Source of the DNA: Octopus sinensis
Taxonomy: Eukaryota
Assembly: GCF_006345805.1 (NCBI RefSeq)
Contig: NC_043017.1
Span: forward strand, 26,288,001-26,352,000
Length of the DNA stretch: 64,000 nt
Reading direction: 5' to 3'
Made by a program: the position numbers and the translations under genes. Below the pieces are notes generated by a model. The model worked only from the letters and a program-made list of their open reading frames with translations, was not told the DNA's origin and made no database searches. Position 1 is the first letter of the stretch. Each line of letters starts with the position of its first letter. This document shows, in pieces, positions 1 to 13,179 of this stretch.

Positions 1-420
1 ATTATACTTGAGATCGCTAGCAAATTTTGCCTTAACTGTATAAATGGTGTTTTATGTGTAAATAGGTGTAAAATTGGACGTAAAAACCCAATTTTAGGGA
101 AACTTTGAAGTGTTTTGTTTGTGTGTATTCTGACTGCTACTGTATTTACGGGACTACGTCTGGATTTATCAGATCTGTATACACTAACTTCAGCATTGAA
201 CGACGTTTATAGGATATGTTTCGTTTAAAATATTTCTTTCTAATTTTATTGAATATGTTTCCACACGCCTGGGTTTTTAGTTGCTTAGAACTGGGAATCA
301 GTTTACACTTATGTATAGAATCGTGAAAGCATATACATTTTAATATACCTTTCACTAATAATATATGCATAGATTTATATATATATATATGGGTGTGTGT
401 GTGTGTGTGTGGATGTTATG
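1..420. repeat. Local direct duplication, copy 1 (copy 2 at 2106-2520)
   Basis: ATTATACTTGAGATCGCTAGC... recurs almost identically at 2106; copy 2 lacks ~23 bp between two GAATC motifs. Confidence 0.9.
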
Positions 421-2105
421 TATATATTATATATCTTGTATATATATATAATATAATAATATATATATATATATATATACCTATATAATATATAATATAT
501 ATATATATATATTAATATATATATATATATATAGATATATATATATATATATAATATATAATATATATATGTATATAAAATGTATTAGAATTTATAAGAT
601 GGAAGGTTATGTACTTTCTGTGTCAGAAGATTGCTTAGCGGCTACATGTTTCGCAGTTCGATCAAGGTTAAAGTTCCTTGGGAAGGAATCCCTTAACATG
701 TCTTCTAACAGTCGTCTTTAGTACAATGATATCCACCTCTGTATTTTTCGTTTCCTTCTTTATTTTAACAACCTCTAACGTTCATCTCAAGATATCGAGC
801 CATATATATATATATTATAATCTTCCTCTCAAGCTATCGAGCATATATATATATATATAATATATATATAATATATATAATATATATATATTATATATAT
901 ATCATATATTATATTAATTATTTTATTATTTGTTATTATGTATTCTTTATGTCTATCACTGTTTGAGTTGCATAATAGTGGTTTTATCTCTAATTTATAT
1001 TTTATATATTTATATTGTGAAATTTGATCTAATACTAAATTGAATTTTTCCTTGTAAGTTTGGAGTTATCCTCCCTAATATTATTATATATATATATATA
1101 TTGATTTATTTATAATTTATACTTGTTCTCTGATAAGATTATGGATTTAGAGTCAAACAGCCGGAGGTTAATAAAGTGTAATATTAGAATGGATTTAATA
1201 GAATGCTGTTAGATAATCTCGAAATTATGGTGGTAAAGGGCAAATTACAATGCATTGGACAGTGATGTAAACGATAGCTTAGAAAGTCCTCTATATTCGG
1301 TTTTGGTTAATGAACGGCGATATAATAGGCGGTATAAGTGAAGCTATTTCCGAGAATAACATAGAATAATAACTTAAGAAAAGCACATAACAATGAAACA
1401 ACATTAAAAGAATGGTATCTCTCATAGGCTTAAACCACCTGTGGTATACGTGTAATTCAAACTATTAAAGCTAATGCTAAGTTTTTCCCCCAGGGAAAAA
1501 TAAACTTTCTTCCCAAATCTCTGTTAAGTGCCCGTAAACTTAGCCAGTTGAAGCGGGAATAAGATAAACTTCTTTACGTAATCTATAGAATAAAATACGA
1601 AAGAGTAGAAATATAAGATGTGTCAGAATGGAAATTTAAACCAAAATATACGTATCGGGTTACAATACCGAGTCAATGTTTTCTGGCTCGCGCAGCATGA
1701 AGTCATTCATACGGAGTAGAATCTAAAATATCTATGCTTTTTTTGCAATAAGAATAGAAGGAATTATATTATGTTTCCGAAATTTCATCGAGAAAGAAAA
1801 AAAAAATGAAGGGGATTCTTGAATGGGCATCATTGCATTTCGTCAAATTTTGCATTAACCAGAGTAATAATTCCCACCTGTGTCCGACAGAGTGTCAGCA
1901 AATTCTCCCTGTAAATATACCTTTCGTTGACCGTTATCATTCCAATGGCACAAGACTACTACGAAGGTCATTTAAAACAGTCGTAATGTCGTCTCCTCAA
2001 CCAACACAAGTAGTACCATAACAGCAATGCCCTTAATTTATCGTTTTCCATCGAATAACGACTTTACACCTTGAAGCTCGTATCTATTCAGCATTATAAA
2101 TCAGA

Positions 2106-2458
2106 ATTATACTTGAGATCGCTAGCAAATTTTGCCTTAACTGTATAAATGGTGTTTTATGTGTAAATAGGTGTAAAATTGGACGTAAAAACCCATTTTT
2201 AGGGAACTTTGAAGTGTTTTGTTTTGTTGTATTCTGACTGCTACTGTATTTACGGGACTACGTCTGGATTTATGAGATCTGTATACACTAACTTCAGCAT
2301 TGAACGACGTTTATAGGATATGTTTCGTTTAAAATATTTCTTTCTAATTTTATTGAATATGTTTCCACACGCCTGGGTTTTTAGTTGCTTAGAACTGGGA
2401 ATCATGAACGCATATACATTTTAATATACCTTTCACCTAATAAATATATGCATAGATT

Positions 2459-2491
<33 letters not shown>

Positions 2492-2520
2492 TGTGTATGT
2501 ATATGTATATATATATAATA
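2106..2520. repeat. Local direct duplication, copy 2
   Basis: Near-identical to 1-420, offset ~2105 bp. Confidence 0.9.
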
Positions 2521-2540
2521 TGTATATATATATATATTAT

Positions 2541-2732
2541 ATATAGAAGGAGCTTCTACCGGACTAGAACTGTTTCATTCAAGAGAAATCTTCAGGAAGT
2601 TCCTGAAGATTTCTCTTGAATGAAACAGTTCTAGTCCTGTAGAAGCTCCTTCTATATAATAAATTAATTTTACTCTGCTATGTATTGAGTACCTTATTTA
2701 CTGTGGTTAACCCCGAATCAACCGGGGACCTA
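2541..2732 (+). mobile_element. Foldback non-autonomous element with hammerhead motif (PLE-type), copy 1
   Basis: ~115-bp palindrome (2541-2658) plus unique tail ending GGACCTAC, flanked by (TA)n; right arm reads CTGAAGA-TTTCTCTTGAAT-GAAA-CAG..CTG-TA-GAAG; second copy at 32977. Confidence 0.75.
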
Positions 2733-2789
2733 CATATATATATATATAATATATATTATATATATATTATATATATATATATATAAAAG

Positions 2790-2980
2790 AGATGCCGAAC
2801 GAAGCTTTGTCGCGGTCTCAAAGCGACGAAAATATTTTGACAAGTTAAATTTAAACTTTGAAGTGAATCTAACGGTTTTGTGTTTCTTAAATGGCTTATA
2901 AACACCTTCCACGCTGCAATTGTTTTCGTTCCAGCACACGATCTCAGATCAAGTCACTCGCTATGCAAGTACATCTCTCT
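2790..2980 (+). repeat. Dispersed repeat, related to 57975-58180
   Basis: Shares AAATATTTTGACAA..GAAGTGAATC..AAACACCTTCCACGCTGCAATTG and ..GATCTCAGATCAAGTCAC..GCAAGTACATCTC with 57975-58180. Confidence 0.7.
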
Positions 2981-3039
2981 GTCTCTGTTTCTCTCTTTCT
3001 CTTTCTCTTTCTCTTTCTCTCTCCCTCTCTCTCTCTATA

Positions 3040-3076
<37 letters not shown>

Positions 3077-3580
3077 GGAGAGAGAGGAAGACGTTTTGTC
3101 TTTTCACTTCTCTTGTTGAACTTATCCTACCATCTGTAGGAACTTCTTGCTATCCACATCAGATATTCATTCAAAGAGCTTCATGCGTGGGAACAACGCC
3201 GAATTCTGTATAATATTGATTAAAATTTCATCACTTCAACTCGCTCGAGGGAGTCTTCCAACTTTGACGTAAAATGTTGTCTACATATAGGCCTTTATCT
3301 TCTAACGTCAGAGAAGCAAATTTAGAAAATTTGCCTCAGTTGCAAGATTGAACAATCCACAAAGATTCTATATTAAAGTTTTCCTGTCATCTCAACTTTT
3401 ATTTTTCTATAATAGTTATAAACATGCGATTGACTGCAAATTTATTATTATACAATGGTATATTACTAGAGCAACCTTTATAGATTTTAATGGTTTATCA
3501 ATAAATAAATGAGCGAGTATTATTATGGTATTGTTTGCGAAGACTTGATACTGTCGTAAGCATTATATATATATATATAT

Positions 3581-3624
<44 letters not shown>

Positions 3625-3702
3625 TTCAGCAAAATTTAGCTTCAAATTTAGATGCACCAGAATTTTGTATGGTGTTATCCATATAATCCATGGGGTGATT
3701 AT

Positions 3703-3872
3703 AATCAAAATAAGTAACAAGAATCACTTCGGTAATTTGGTACGATCGTTTCGCACTACATCATTTTATTAAATGTTGTAAGTATTACAACAGTTTTAAA
3801 ATGCTGAGCACTCAACAGTTTTAAAACGATCGTACCAAATTACCGAAGTTATTCTCGCTGCTTATTTTGATA
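3703..3872. repeat. Inverted-repeat element in (TA)n
   Basis: ATCAAAATAAG..CTTCGGTAATTTGGTACGATCGTTT is inverted as AAACGATCGTACCAAATTACCGAAG..CTTATTTTGAT; a related single arm lies at ~25003-25110. Confidence 0.7.
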
Positions 3873-4148
3873 TATATATATATATATATTTATATATGTA
3901 TGTGTGTGTGTGTGTGTATACATACATATATATATATACACATACAATCACGCACACACACACGCACAACACACACACTCACTCACACACATACACACAC
4001 ACACCACACACACACACACACACATATATATTATATATAATATATATATATTATAATTCAACAATTGAGGGTAAAATTAATTAATTAATCAATTTCACCA
4101 AGTATTCAGTATGCAAAGGGACCATTTAAGGCGAATTCAAATTATTAC

Positions 4149-4255
4149 ATTATATAAAAGGGCTTAGTAAAATAAATTACTTTGCCGCATACTGAACTCA
4201 TACTGAGTTCAGTATGCGGCAAAGTAATTTATTTTACTAAGCCCTTTTATATAAT
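4149..4255. repeat. Perfect palindrome (~52-bp arms, 3-nt loop)
   Basis: ATTATATAAAAGGGCTTAG..ACTGAACTCA-tac-TGAGTTCAGT..CTAAGCCCTTTTATATAAT, followed by (TA)n. Confidence 0.9.
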
Positions 4256-5217
4256 ATATATACATATATATATATATATTTCTATATATATATATATATT
4301 ATATATGCCTGCTGTAAAAAGACTGAAATAAGTAAAAAAAATTAGAGATGAAAGATAATAACTATTATACCAGTAATCACCGTTTTCTTCGTTACTTTTG
4401 CTGATTTTGTACTAAAGCAAATAGTCTGATTTTTCTTTTGAGCTGTATATGTGTAAATATTATTCCGTTTCTTTTTTATATATATGTAAAATATACATAA
4501 AATTCATTGCGGCAGGTATATTATAGTTATTTCTTCAAAGGTGACAAGCTGTCTGACATGTATTTTTTTTTTATGTGTGTCAGTTCTAATACTAAATAAA
4601 TCCTGGTAACACATTGAAGATGATAATCGATCAGTTGAGGAAATGTTTCTTCATTTTATTAAGCACATATCCGCCGGGCATGAATGCATTAACAGTTGGA
4701 AAGACAATACCGGCGATACTGAAAAAAATACATTAAACGTAACACAATGGTTATGGATACATATAAACCGTTCCAAGATCTCATATTCAATGCGTAAATC
4801 TACACAAACACATGAATATTCTCATACATACAAATCATTCGTTAGCTGAATAGTCATAATATAAATCTATATTGCAATTCTCGTCAGCAAATAACATGCA
4901 AATGCACGTATATACATCTACGGAACACGTTTACGGGCCATCAATCTTCACACCTCATACACCATATACAATTCAACTTTGGCACGTGTTAATTGCCCTG
5001 AGAAAAGGAAAATATGTAGCCGATGCATGGAATTAACAAGGGTTGAAAATATGCAAAATCAGATTACTCTTTTAATTACAAAACCTGCAAAAGTGACAAG
5101 AATAGTTGTGTCACTGTTAGATCTAAAAAGGCAAGCAAATATTTCTAGCAAATTCGATATACAAGAATCCAGACTTTTGTTGATAGTTATCGATGTTCAA
5201 AAAAAATAAACTCAATA

Positions 5218-5650
5218 GGCGTAGGAGTGGCCGTGTGGTAAGTAGCTTGCTTACCAACCACATGGTTCCGGGTTCAGTCCTACTGCGTGGCACCTTCGGC
5301 AAGTGTCTTCTACTATAGCCCCGGGCCGACCAAAGCCTTGTGAGTGGATTTGGTAGACGGAAACTGAAAGAAGCCCGTCGTATATATGTATATATATGTA
5401 TGTGTATGTGTGTGTCTGTATGAGTGTGTTTGTGTCCAACCCCCACCCCAAACATCGTTTGACAACCGATGGTGGTGTGTGTACGTCCCCATAACTTAGC
5501 GGTTCGGCAAAAGTGACCGATAGAATAAGTACTACGCTTACAAAAAAGAATAAGTCCTGGGGGTCTATTTGCTCGACTAAAGGTGGTGCTCCAGCATGGC
5601 CACAGTCAAATGACTGAAACAAGTAAAAGAGTAAAAAAGTAAAAGAGTAA
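5218..5650 (+). mobile_element. tRNA-derived SINE family A, full length
   Basis: A box TGGCCGTGTGG, B box GGTTCAGTCC, internal (TA)n(TG)n, 3' GGTGCTCCAGCATGGCC..AGTAAAAGAG tail; many copies in window. Confidence 0.9.
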
Positions 5651-5770
5651 TATGAGTTCCAACAAACTTTGAGCGCGCAAAGTAAAGTTCTGGACACGTG
5701 ACTTGAGTACTCTAACCATTTCGGAACTTCAGCTTTCTTGTCCTGTTTCCTTTATATATAATGGAATCTC

Positions 5771-6170
5771 TTTACTCTTTTCCTCTTTTACTTGTTTCAG
5801 TCATTTGACTGCAGCGGCCAACCTGGAGCACCGCCTTTAGTCGAGCAAATCGACCCCGGGACTTATTCTTTGTAAACCCAGTACTTATTCTATCGGTCTT
5901 TTTTGCCGAACCGCCACATGACGGAGACGTAACCACACCAGCATCGGTTGTCAAGCAATGCTAGGGGGGCAAACACAGACACACAAACATATACACACAC
6001 ATACATATATATATATATACATATATACGTCTACCAAATCCACTCACAAGGCATTGGTCGGCCTGAGGCTATAGCAGAAGACACTTGCCCAAGATGCCAC
6101 GCAGTGGGACTAAAACCTGAACTATGTGGTTGGGAAGCAAGCTACTTACCACACAGCCACTCCTGCGCCT
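5771..6170 (-). mobile_element. SINE family A
   Basis: Reverse complement of family A consensus with a small internal deletion. Confidence 0.9.
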
Positions 6171-6714
6171 ATGTGGAATATATATATGTGAATGAGTACG
6201 TGAGCTATGAATGCTCTACATTGTACGGGATAAATAAAGAATTTATATATATACTTAATTGCTATCTAAACGGACTTATTGTTATTGATAATATATGATT
6301 ATCGCAAATATACAAATAAAAAATCAATTTAATTGAATTTATCTCAGTAATATAATTTAATTTTGATAAACTAGAATTTATTTCATTATTTTGATAAGCA
6401 TAATGAAATGTTAAAAGCTTAATAAAATTATAATCACAATATATATGGAAGTTTACCAACACCATCCAGATCATCATAGGTGTGAGATCAATAACACTTG
6501 TCCTGCCGTTGCCACGGATTGGGAAATTAGTAAGATTGTCGACAATATACTGATGCGGAATTTGTTTTTGTTTTTACGTTCTAATTTTAAACTCTGCTGA
6601 GGACAACCTTACATTCTATGAACCCCAATGCTGAAAAGAATAAAATAGTAAAATGACGTCGAAAGCGCCCTATGGAGGCCTCGTGCCTTCTCTAATACCT
6701 GTCAGGTCATTATC

Positions 6715-7134
6715 TTTACTCTCTTTACTCTTTTACTTGTTTCAGTCATTTGACTGCGGCCATGCTGGAGCACTGCCTTTAGTCGAGCAAATCGACCTCA
6801 GGACTTATTCTTTGTAAGCCCAGTACTTATTCTATCGGTCTCTTTTGCCGAACCGCTAAGTGACGGGGACGTAAATGCTAGGGGACAAACACAGACACAC
6901 AATCACACACACACCACACACACATATATATTACATATATATATATACATATATACGACAGGCTTCTTTCAGTTTCCGTCTACCAAATCCACTCACAAGG
7001 CATTGGTCGGCCCGGGTATATAGTAGAAGACACTTGCCCAAGATGCCACGCAGTGGGTCTGAACCCGCAACCATGTGGTTGGTTAGCAAGCTACTTACCA
7101 CACAGCTACTTACCACACAGCTACTCCTGCGCCT
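6715..7134 (-). mobile_element. SINE family A
   Basis: Family A consensus; 15-bp internal duplication GCTACTTACCACACA. Confidence 0.9.
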
Positions 7135-7897
7135 ATAGTAATATCTAGTGATATTACTATATTTTATTTCTCAATTCTTTCAATCGGCCAGCTGCAGCAT
7201 TGATGAAATACGGCCGTTAATGGTGGAGGTATTAGTTTTGGGCCGGGCACTTATTATGTCAGTTTTCCCTGCCGAACTGCTATTTTATTTTATTTTATAA
7301 ATGTTTCGGAAAAATTCGTCGAACAAAAGAAATTAATATTCATTACCAGCTTCCGGTTCTGTAAGATTAACAGAAACAACAATAAATTTTTTGGGGTCGG
7401 TAGCTAGTTTAGCAATAACTCATGAGAACGGTTTAGATTATAATTCCATTATTTGCTTTTTCTTTTTCAAGAAAAATAATTTAACAATACCATAAGAGGC
7501 ATTAGCCATCTGAATATGGCTAGGGACAGGGCAGGGTGGTGGGGGTGTTACTGTTGCATTTAGCCCCAGGCGAACATCAACGTCACCAGAAAGGCTTGAC
7601 ACCATCACGGCGTCCTCTATCCTGCAAAGGGAGATCATTCACCGAAGAAGCGGAAGCCACATACGGACCCAGGTTTCAAGGTGTTTGCCTATTATCAACG
7701 TATGGTAGGCACCGCTCCTCGACAAACAACTCCCCATGCAGGATATATATATAAAGATTTTCAAGTAAATACATTTATTGAAATATATTCCCTTATTCTT
7801 TTATTTGCTTCTGTCATTTGATTGTGGCCATGCTGGAATAGATACGTTTACTTTTTAAGGAATGACGGATGAAAATTCAACAGTATATATTAAGGCC

Positions 7898-8058
7898 GTG
7901 AGACGCAATGGCCTAGTCGTTAGGGCAGCGGACTCGCAGTTTCGATTCCTATTCCAAGCGTTGTGCGTGTTTATTGAGCGAAAAAACCTAAAAGCTCCAC
8001 GGGGCTCCGGGAGATGGTAGGCGACCCTTGTTGTATTCTTTCGCCCCAACTTTCTCTT

Positions 8059-8092
<34 letters not shown>

Positions 8093-8222
8093 CCGGTTTC
8101 TTGAGCAATGCTGCGATGGACTGGTATCCCGTCCAGCTTGGGGAGATCATAATCGCCACAGAAACCGGGAAACCTGACCCATGAACCTGACTAGGCTTGA
8201 AAAGGGCGCATAAATAAAATAA
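7898..8222 (+). mobile_element. SINE, family B head with alternative 3' half
   Basis: Head GCAATGGCCTAGTCGTTAGGGCAGCGGACTCGC..AAAGCTCCACG; tail CTGCGATGGACTGG..GAAACCGGGAAACC shared with 50489-50772. Confidence 0.75.
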
Positions 8223-8269
8223 TGTATTATGTCCTCATTAACGGGAAAAAAATCATCTCAGTAATATAT

Positions 8270-8660
8270 ATTTTATATTTTATCTCCTTTCAGCTCACTA
8301 GCACCGTTGGGGCACCACCATTCGGTGTTGCTACTTGATTTTACTTCACGAATGCTTTTTAGCAATTGTCATTTGGTGCATGAGAGAGTTCGATGCAGCT
8401 GCTCTCATCTGCCCCTCCTACCGTGAAATTGGTTCATCTGGGACACCTGACAGGAAGAGATCCAGTTTTATTTTAAAGACATCTGCATCCATCCCATACA
8501 GGTCTCTCAGGTCCTTCGGGAGGATATTGAAGAGCTGTGGACCTCTGAAGCCCAGGCTTTCACAGTATCATGTCCTACATCTTGATGGCAAATTTGGAGT
8601 CCTTGGCACTATGCAGTGTCGCCCAGTTCTGGCATTTGTGTAACTCTCGATGCCAAAGAT
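8270..8660 (-). mobile_element. 3' fragment of CR1-like LINE (ORF2 C-terminus and 3' UTR)
   Basis: Minus strand encodes GFRGPQLFNILPKDLRDL..LDLFLSGVPDEP..RAAASNSLMHQ; homologous to 58201-58588. Confidence 0.75.
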
Positions 8661-8967
8661 GTCTACAGATATTGGAAATTGTCTCAAAATCTAGATAGGT
8701 AAAATTATGTATGTGTGTTCTAAATCTACCATTATGACTAAGTTAAATTACACTTACATAAATATACATACATGGAATCACTCATACGCATATATACTAT
8801 ACATACATATACATATATAATTTCGATCTAATTTTAAATCTGGTAAAGATATAATTCCTCAAAGAATTCATACCATACCACATCAAATATTTCGAAATCG
8901 CTTTCATTTATCTCACCAAGCTTCGAACTGAGTGCGTATTTGTGTGGCTATATTTGGTATTTTAATA

Positions 8968-9198
8968 GGCGGCGAGCTGGCAGAAATGTTAGCGCGCCGG
9001 GCGAAATGCTTTGCGGTATCTCATCTGTCGTTACCTTCTGAGTTCAAATTCCGCCGAGGTCGACTTTTCCTTTCATCCTTTCGGGGTCGATAAATAAAGT
9101 ACCAGTTATGCACTGAGGTCGATGTAATCGACTTAATCCCTTTGTCTGTCCTTGTTTGTCCTCTCTGTCTTTAGCCTCTTGTGGGCAATAAAGAAATA
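8968..9198 (+). mobile_element. SINE family C
   Basis: GGCGGCGAGCTGGCAGAA..GAGTTCAAATTCCGCCGAGGTCGAC..TTCATCCTTTCGGGGTCGATAAA..AAAGAAATA; further copies at 22836, 31525, 61124. Confidence 0.85.
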
Positions 9199-9618
9199 TA
9201 TATTTGTAATTTTAATTTTGAATGACTCGACGATGAATTACGGGATTAAGAACCCAAATGAAAAAGCAAACGAATGACAATAAGCCGTTTTTACATTTTC
9301 ATGGCATTCTACTAATTCAAACATCAGCATCGTTGTAATTTTAATTTATGCTGTCATATTTCAAAACAATTCTCTTAACTTGGACACAACCCAAAATTGT
9401 TTGTGTCTTCCTGTTGTACAAAATTTTATGTTTTCATCTAGCGATATATTTATGGCAGAAACAACCTTTAGCTGATAACAACAATGGATGACTTTCACAG
9501 TAACCTCCATTTCACAAATAGGTTTGTTTGAGCTAATCACGTTGGCCTATTTTAAAAACTCTTACATATGAGCTTAAGTTTGCGTATACAATATATATAT
9601 ATACAGATACATACATAC

Positions 9619-9660
<42 letters not shown>

Positions 9661-9789
9661 TAATATATATATATATACATATACGTATGTATGTATCTGT
9701 ATATAAATAAATAATCGTATGTATGTATCTTATATATATATATTATGTATGTATATATATGTAAATATATATGTATATATTATGTAATA

Positions 9790-9848
<59 letters not shown>

Positions 9849-9867
9849 TACGTATGTATGTATCAGC

Positions 9868-9879
<12 letters not shown>

Positions 9880-9900
<21 letters not shown>

Positions 9901-10319
9901 ATTCCAGCGAGAAAACAAAATCCGCCTCTAAGTACTATATATGTTTAATACTTTCGTGTTATTAATCTCCAGCGCGATAAAATCTTTGGATATGGTTGTA
10001 TCCTTCTAACCCCATTTATATATTACATTTCTTTTCTCTAAGATTATAATCGAATTTGAAAATGAAATTTGGATTCATAAGGCAGAGAAATAATACGTGC
10101 ACACACTGGTATACATATGCATGTATTTACATTATTTATGTTATATATGTGTGCGTGCGAGCTAATTTTTGTATGTATGTGTGTATGTGATATTGCACGT
10201 GTGTTTGCACATGTGTGCATATATCTATATCTAAACGTCTATATATGTAATATACATTCATGCATACTTGTATATAACGTAACGTGTATATGTATATATA
10301 TATATATATATATAATATA

Positions 10320-10350
<31 letters not shown>

Positions 10351-10533
10351 CATTATATATATATATTATACATGCGGGTGTGGAGTGCCTGTACATATAT
10401 ACATATATATTATTATATATACATATACGTATGTATGTATCTGTATATAAAAAATATATCTGTATGTATGTATATATATATATATATATGTATGATATAT
10501 ATGTAAATATATATGTATATATTTATGTATATA

Positions 10534-10586
<53 letters not shown>

Positions 10587-11037
10587 CATATACGTATGTA
10601 TGTATCAAGCTATATATATATATATATATATGTATATATAATTCCAGCGAGAAAACAAAATCCGCCTCTAAGTACTATATATGTTTAATACTTTCGTGTT
10701 ATTTATCTCCAGCGCGATAAAATTTGGATATGTTTGTATCCTTCTAACCCATTTTATATTACATTTCTTTTCTCTAAGATTATAATCGAATTTGAAAATG
10801 AAATTTGGATTTCATAAAGGCAGAGAAATAGTAATACGTGCACACACTGGTATACATATGCATGTATTTACATATATTTATGTTTATATATGTGTGCGTG
10901 CGAGCTAATTTTTGTATGTATGTGTGTATGTGATATTGCACGTGTGTTTGCACATGTGTGCATATATCTATATCTAAACGTCTATATATGTTATATACAT
11001 TCATGCATACTTGTATATATACGTATACGTGTATATG

Positions 11038-11092
<55 letters not shown>

Positions 11093-11151
11093 ATATTATT
11101 ATACATATATATATATATATATACATGCGGGTGTGTGAGTGCCTGTACATA

Positions 11152-11200
<49 letters not shown>

Positions 11201-11221
11201 ATATTATATATATATATGTAC

Positions 11222-11254
<33 letters not shown>

Positions 11255-11280
11255 GTATAAACAGATAGAAACGTGTATAT

Positions 11281-11290
<10 letters not shown>
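9880..11290. repeat. Tandem duplication (~740-bp offset) in a (TA)n-rich block
   Basis: ATTCCAGCGAGAAAACAAAATCCGCC at 9901 and 10641; copies differ mostly by small indels and microsatellite length. Confidence 0.85.
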
Positions 11291-11370
<80 letters not shown>

Positions 11371-11479
11371 CGAGCGAGAGAGAGAGAGAAATAGATAGAT
11401 ACATAGATTTATAGGCGTAGGTGTGTCTGTATGGCCAGAAGCTTGCTTCCCAACCGCATGAGCATGTGTCTTCTACTAT

Positions 11480-11690
11480 AATAATAATAATATTAATAAT
11501 AATAATGATATCAAAAAATACCTTAGGAATGAAAAACCAAGTTTAAAAGCTCCCCAAGACACCTAATGAAGGCTGGAGAGTATATCATCCGAAACGTTGC
11601 GTTAACAAGATGAGGACAAATATCCGTCAAATGTAAATAATATAAATAATGTACATAATTCCTCATTTTTTAAAATATAGATCTGTATTA
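11480..11690 (+). mobile_element. (AAT)n plus hammerhead-bearing tail (same family as 16259-17390), core mutated
   Basis: GACAC-CTAATGA-A-GGCTG..CATCC-GAAACGTT-GCGTT; preceded by a truncated SINE A head (11412-11480). Confidence 0.75.
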
Positions 11691-12689
11691 ACAGGATTTG
11701 TTGTATCGAAGACCCTGAGTATTACAGATGCTCAGTGGCTGATCAACGACCCCTAAAATTATTGATATGTTGACCTATTTGTAATCAAATTGACATATTC
11801 TCATGCTACTAACTTGAATTTTATTTTTATCACACACTTAGGAAGTACCTGAATATTTTTTTTAGTATGATAGCTTAAGATAAATACAATATCTTCAATC
11901 GGAATTACTGTTATTTTACAAATGCAGCAAGGACTACATTTTTTAGTGTTAAACCGTTTTACATTAAAAAAATAGAAAAGAAACGCCTGTAAATTATTCC
12001 ACGCTAAACATTATTTTTACCAATTTTCAGCATAATATTTTAGTTAAACGCAGTATTTGGTTTCTCAGAATCTTAATTAAAAGAGATTTGATCAAGTTTT
12101 AGCACTATAGAATTCCTTCTGAAGCTAACATGTTACGAAGCAAATCTTGTAATCACACATCTGTGCCTATCCTCATTATCGCATAGAATGAATATCGCCT
12201 TTGATATTACACTTCGGCATATGATATCATAAGATATATTATGATTCCTTTAACGAGCTACTCCTTCCTATTGCACTTTTATATTGATGTCGCTTTTCCT
12301 GCTAGCCTTAGATGCAATTTGATGATACCGTCTATAATATCCTAAGGAAAATCTTACTTGCAGAAAATACCGTGTTACTCAAAAGAATTTTAGCATTAAT
12401 GAGCATTATTGAGTATGTTCTAGGTATCTCCTCCCCTAACCGGACTGTCCTTTCTTCACAAGTCGCGCCCTTGAAGAAAAATCCTTTTTTTCCAATTTGT
12501 ATTTCAGAAAGATTTTCCGGATACCTGGTCTCCAAATGGAGTAGAATTTGAGTGAAAAAATGTACAGGAATATCGTTATTTTTCGGTACTCCTCAGGACA
12601 GTGATATTTCATTTATTTATATACGCGATCTGATATATATAAGTATCAAGACTGTTGTCATAACAACGAGGATACAGCACGCAGAGTGC

Positions 12690-13133
12690 AACTGTTTGGC
12701 ACAGTCTGACCTGGAACGTTCCAGCTCACTTCACCTGTTTACCGCAGTGCTTGGAAGTAACGAGTGTATCGTGAGATGACTGTATTGTCCATGACATGGA
12801 AACTTGAGCGGAGAATGTGTATCAAATTTTGCCAAAATATTGGCGATCGCTGGTCAGAGGCCTTCGCAAGGTTTTCCCAAAAAATTTTGTCGTTCTCTAC
12901 ACAATCAAAGAGATCTTGTGCAACTCAAACCCAAGTGTCTTTGTGGTCAACTGAAAGAAAGACACGTTAACTCCAAGCACTACAGTAAACCGCAGAATTT
13001 GCTAGAGCGTTAACAAGTAGAGCGCATGTACAACAAAGTTCAAGGTCCATCTGCGCCCAGCAGCTTTACTCTACGTGGTTTAGCTTCGTTACCATGGCAA
13101 CAGATCGGACACTTAATGAGCAGAACTCGTATG
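12690..13133 (+). mobile_element. Mariner-like transposon remnant
   Basis: MTWKLERRMCIKFCQNIG resembles the mariner transposase N-terminal (QR.CIKFC..LG) motif; the right end ..ACTTAATGAGCAGAACTCGTA looks like a TIR. Confidence 0.5.
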
Positions 13134-13141
13134 TATATATA

Positions 13142-13179
<38 letters not shown>

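Noticed and set aside
2578-2586. TTCAAGAGA, the common synthetic shRNA loop, inside a palindrome
   Set aside because: It lies in an arm rather than the loop, and the element recurs with natural divergence at 32977; coincidence.
9730-11414. Many ORFs rich in YIYI/CVCV/HTHT, here and throughout the window
   Set aside because: Translations of (TA)n, (CA)n and (GATA)n microsatellites, which lack stops in several frames.
12312-12600. Overlapping 67-79 aa non-repetitive ORFs
   Set aside because: No recognisable motif or splice signals; expected by chance.
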